From NCBI GenBank assembly GCA_050230475.1, contig JBFLGF010000215.1, positions 1-55,835 on the forward strand: a stretch of 55,835 nt of DNA, written 5' to 3'. Both the position numbers and the translations under genes were made by a program. The notes beneath the pieces were generated by a model that searched no databases, was not told where the DNA came from, and saw nothing but the letters and a program-made list of their open reading frames with translations. Of the stretch, positions 51,373-55,835 are shown piece by piece. Origin of the DNA: Ancylonema sp. (taxonomy: Eukaryota). Position 1 is the first letter of the stretch, and every line of letters starts with the position of its first letter.

Positions 51373-53179
51373 TCACTCGGTCTTAAAGACTACACACCTC
51401 CGCGCCTCTCTATACTGTTCATTTCCATCCCCGGGACTTAAGGTAATGGTTTTCCCCCCATATTTCAGCTGAATATTTATGAGAGTCAGTTTCACACATT
51501 GGTGTCGGAAGTAGTTGATCCTGTTAGAGTTTCGAAATTTACGAGCATACACACGCGCTCTATGCCCAATAGCATAGAACTGCTTCTTAAAGTGTCTGGG
51601 ATGAGCTGGCCTCGGGCACAAACTGTTGACAGAGGTGGAAGACCTTTTCACCCCAGCGGTTATACGAATCTTCGTTCCATACTCCTTCACTCGTAGGACG
51701 GGGCTGAGCTGTCCGCCGTTTGTTGCCAAAGTGAAGGTGGGCACCTGCTTCTGGTGGCCAGTGAAGAAAAAGTCACACCGGAAGAGGGACCGGGCGCAAG
51801 CTGTCAAGCATGCGGGGGGAGGTGGGGAAGGGGGGGGAGAGGGGGGGGGAGAGGGGGGTGGGGAGGGTGGTGGAGAAGGTGGAGGGGAAGGTGAGGGGGA
51901 AGGAGGAGGTGGTGGAGGAGGGGAAGGTGGAGGCGGAGGTGGTGGCAAAGGAGGAGGCGGAAGGGGTAGAGTAGGAAGAGGCGGAATGGGTAGAGGAGCT
52001 GGAGTCGGAAGGGGTAGAGGAGGAAGAGTCGGAAGGGGTAGAGGAGGAAGAGCCGGAAGGGGTCGAGGAAGTAGAAGCCGACGAGGTTGAGGAACAACAC
52101 AGGAGCCAGAAGCCGGAGCTACTGGTCCGGTTTAGAACACCACGCATCGCTTGTTTTGGGGATATGTGGACCTAAAGGAGTCATTCGCATCCAGGTTGAT
52201 GATCCCTCCACTTTGTTCGGTGATGCGTGCAGCTGCGATTGTGACAATGATGCGCTTGTTATCGAACAAGGACATGGGCTGCAAAGAGACAGGAGAATGA
52301 AGTCAGATCTTTAAATTTTATATGGACACTCACCCCCAGATTTGCTTCCACATAGAATATCTATGTGGAAGTCTGTAACTTGTTGCAGAATGGCCCTTCA
52401 TGCTAATCGCCAGCTGACATGAATCATTCGACAATCCTGCTCAACAGTACACCGCTAGCTTACTGAAATGGAGCTCCGGGTCCTGATGGAGGCCGGCTCT
52501 CCCGAGAGGTAGAATTGATCGCCAGAGTAGGGTGTTCCGTTGGCAGGACACAGGAATGCCGCTGGACCGGAGGTGTCTACTTCCACAGCGATCGTGTTAC
52601 CAAGGTAGTCCATCACGACTGGGCTCACAGGAGCGTCCGGATTCGCTGTGCTGAGACTGGAAGGGTGATCATAATACGCAAAGGATTATAAATGATGCGC
52701 GATCGCACGTGTTCCGCTAGGGCAAATCGATAGAGAGAAACGAATATTTTGACCGAATATAATTGCGTGTCCATTGCAAAGGACATCTCAGATCTGCGGC
52801 AAGGTGATCGCAAAGATGCCGTTCCTGTGTCCGCTACAGACAAACGCGCAAGTCAAAACGCAACATCCGCATACAAATTTATACGATTTGATATAGCATT
52901 CCACTGGGAGACCAAGTTTTTACAGACGTGCAATGTCACATCCTCGCATTCAGGCATTTCGATCAAGACATTCTCTCGCATTCAGGCAGTCCGATCAAGA
53001 CATTCTTGCTTGATGACAGGGACTGTAGAGTCGTGTCCGGCGAAATAGAAGAGACACATATCCAAGGGATTCGCCGGGCACTGCGCAAACTCCACATTCT
53101 GAGCTACCACAGTCTCCAGCAAAGCCAGCAAGGTAATGGCCAACGGAAGCAGCGCAAGGGTCGTCATCGCGGACGCCAT
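51373..53179 (-). CDS. Secreted protein: signal peptide, Cys-containing domain 1, Pro-rich/SPPP linker, homologous domain 2; in-frame TAA at 52134-52132 at the end of domain 1
   Basis: Exons 53179-53010, 52656-52464, 52278-51373 (first intron GC-AG). Both domains share C-x-F-x-F-x-GH..VP..SPV..LCP..QFY..G..RCVVF(K/*)T. Confidence 0.75.
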
Positions 53180-53771
53180 TGATGATGCAGTCCACCTGTC
53201 TGATCAGACAGGAAAGCAATGCGGCAATGCACACCACCACTCCGCCCAAATTGTTGCCTTGCAGTGTTCAGGTCGGGAATCTGTGCTTCGATCAGCCTCG
53301 CTCAAGATGCGGAGTTCGCGTCTTCACAGATTTGCACATGGAGTCTGCAGACTGTCCAGCAATTTCTCGGGACGCGAAGGTACGATTTTGACGCTCTCTT
53401 CTGAATTTGAGTGTACATAGCAATCCTGGTCTGGTCTGGACTGGATCTCCAGGGTCAGACTGACGTCTGAATTTGAGCTTTTACTAATAGAGTCGGTCAC
53501 TTTCTAGGCCGTGCGACAAGGTTTATGGCCGGCCCTGTAGCAATACATGATTAGATAATTATTAGCACGCTTGAAAGCACTAAATCTATTTGCCACCACG
53601 ACCTTGTTAGATTGTTGGAGCTATAGGCCGTGTACATGGTGCAAGTATCGTTTGCAGATTCTGTATCCTTTTCCCAAATAGTACTTTTTCATGATCTTCC
53701 TAGCACAAAGTCGTCTCGTCCGGACTTCCCGGGTTTGAAATCTGTCTGGAAAAAAACCCCAAAAAAAAANA

Positions 53772-55835
53772 TCCCTCGTTACAGGCACATCTGCCTCAGG
53801 GTCCCTGGCAAATATGCCTGTACGCGATTAACGCGTTACAGACATAACCACGTTACAGGCTCACGTTTTCGATGTCTCAAGAGTGTGACTATAACGAGTA
53901 TTTATTGTACCACCAAGGTTACGTAAAATAACCGAGCTATAATTTTGGACCGTATTCCGTATAGTCCATCCAACCACGTGGCAACCACCGATGCACCGTG
54001 GGGTCCTTGTAGAACGTGTTCATCAACAATTTTATCAAAGCACGTGCAGGCTGACGTGATGCCAGCACGACTTCATTTTATAGCGTCTTCGATCTGTAGG
54101 ACCTGTTGACCACATGCACCATATATTCACTACCACCATTGGTGGAAACTGTCGTGGCAGACTGATTATTTTATCAGTGTGTAGAAAAGATAGTATCAAT
54201 ATTTCCGAGAGAGCTTCGTGCAGTATTAGAGCCGCTCCAGTTTGCAGACTGCCTAAAACGTCATGACTCTGCAAATTTGTATTCTTTCCCAAGTTCCAAT
54301 ACTAAAAAACAACTTCGCTTTCCCTGGCCGTAGGGGGCAGTTGCCTTCTGACGCCACCACGAAAGTTTACCTCTTGAGAAGATGTCGTGGGTGGAAGCCG
54401 AGGCCAAGTCATCGAAAACTAGGGACGAGTTTACAACGACAATCTGCGCTACAATCATCGGGTGCATCAGCACATGCGGGGGAGACGTCGCGAACTGATG
54501 AACATAACCAGGAAGTATGTTGTCGAGACTAATCTTATCTCCTCACAGTTTTCTCACAGAAGTCTACGAGATAATTCAATCAAGTCACGTTTTGTCCATC
54601 ACCAGGGGGATGAAACCCCTTGGGCTGACTCTTCAACAGTCAGTTGAAAGGCCCTTGGAGATACACTACTTCAAATACATATATCATTTGAAGTGCCCGA
54701 GTAGAGTCGGTGTAGCAATATTATCTTACGTTGTCTGCCTCGCTTACAAAAGGAGAATTGACGTGGTCTGACGAAATTGCGCGAAACGACCATACTTCAC
54801 TGCGTCAAATGACGACAAGAGGCAATGGCGAATCGCGTCGGGTCACTCTGACAGCAAAGCTCTGGCCATCGTAGCTTATCGGAATCTTTCTTGCCGTCGC
54901 ATTCGTAATAATAGAAAATGAAAATGACAGAAACAAATTACAGCTGCTACATCAGCGATATAGCAGCTGTAATATCAATTGGGAAATTGAGAATATGATG
55001 AGATTGGAAGGATGATAAGAAACACCATCCACGGCAAGTCATATGTTTTTTCGAGCACACTGCCGTTCCATCTAATGGGGCTGGAGTTTCTGGAGTTGGG
55101 CCGAACGGATATTGTCGGCGACATATTTGAATGGAATACATACCAATCTAAATTTCTGGTGTGTCTAATTACACCAAGTCAAATACGTAACGGGATATTT
55201 GAAAATTCGGTATGCCTGTCTTTGCCATGGTCAGTATGCACACGTACTAGGAGAGGCGTTACTGGAACGTGAGATGTCGAGTAGGTGAGGGGTACTTTTA
55301 TATAAGCACAATCTAGAATCACGACCATGACTCCCAGACGCCCGCCCAAGGCAGAATCCGGACTATCTATGGCACTTCATTTTTTCATCCTCATCAGGAC
55401 CGTCTATGTCTTTTATGGGGGCCAGGTGGAGGGTGGTGACAAAAACAGATCCCAACGATACGAGCAAGCCCTGAAGCAGATCAAGGAGGATATCAGTGTG
55501 CGGGCTGAAAATCTGCACAGTGTGAACGAAGCCAAAAAGATGAATTCAGAGCTGCGGTTTGCCAAGCAGCTCATGGCGCAGGTCGGAACTCAGCTCCGAG
55601 TCAACCCTGTCATATGCTGTCGTTATAAATAATAAAATATTGTAGAGGTGGAATGGACATGTGGAAAGCGGAGGTGACACAAGGTGGCGTCGCAACAGAA
55701 AAAAAAATCAATTCCAGAATCATTCACTCTTTGTGCAGAAAAGTAGAGTGGTGGATGGAAATTCTTCTCCTCTTGCCTGAGTTACGCTCCATACAAAGGG
55801 GGCGGCTTTTTTTTGGTATATATTTTCAAAGCGGA
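53772..55835 (+). repeat. Near-identical second copy of ~44599-46498 (MITE right end plus 5' part of the TPR-like gene) with 164 extra bp; runs off the window
   Basis: Identical ORF translations at offsets 9173 and 9337. Begins directly after the N at 53770. Confidence 0.95.
54263..55835 (+). CDS. TPR-like membrane protein gene, copy 2 (5' part, truncated by the window end)
   Basis: Exon 54263-54461, GT-AG intron 54462-54559, then in-frame EVYEIIQSS.. The downstream exon VEGGDKNRSQRYEQ..LMAQ is as in copy 1. Confidence 0.5.

Noticed and set aside
22924..52134. Reassignment of TAA/TAG to an amino acid, as in some ulvophyte algae
   Set aside because: The internal TAAs align to different residues (Tyr, Lys), each one substitution away. 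TAA and TAG end TMEM214, psaH and ARP3 at the expected positions.
52943..53006. 32-bp duplication creating a premature TGA in the secreted protein
   Set aside because: Domain alignment places it inside the first intron.
54384..54548. The 164-bp indel as a precisely lost GT-AG intron (retrocopy)
   Set aside because: Removing GT..AG would delete 165 nt and not reproduce copy 1, which also keeps its downstream introns.

Overview
Intron-rich eukaryotic nuclear DNA. The PsaH sequence and plant-type gene set point to a streptophyte, most plausibly a streptophyte (zygnematophyte-like) alga; this is an inference. Genes reconstructed by hand from splice sites: TMEM214-like (+), AT5G51880-type 2OG-Fe(II) oxygenase (-), DUF1349 protein (+), a divergent and apparently 5'-truncated augmin AUG7 (-), a frameshifted fluoride exporter FEX (+), an AT3G19895-type 2OG-fold/U-box protein with an in-frame TAA (-), a SPOROCYTELESS/NOZZLE (SPEAR)-like repressor with SPL motif and C-terminal EAR motif (+), ARP3 (-), psaH (+), a TPR-like membrane protein present twice (+), and a secreted two-domain Pro-rich protein with an in-frame TAA at the domain boundary (-). 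Mobile DNA includes pogo-like MITEs (one carrying an inverted pair of CRE-like retrotransposon 3' ends), a dispersed repeat family and a copia remnant. The strongest leads are the SPEAR-like gene in a probable alga, the pheromone-like secreted domain, a high density of independent gene lesions suggesting a decaying duplicated block, and a frame-preserving intron-removing deletion between two gene copies. Two single-N gaps (50872, 53770) mean some duplications may be assembly artefacts. Family assignments come from recalled motif similarity; no database search was run.
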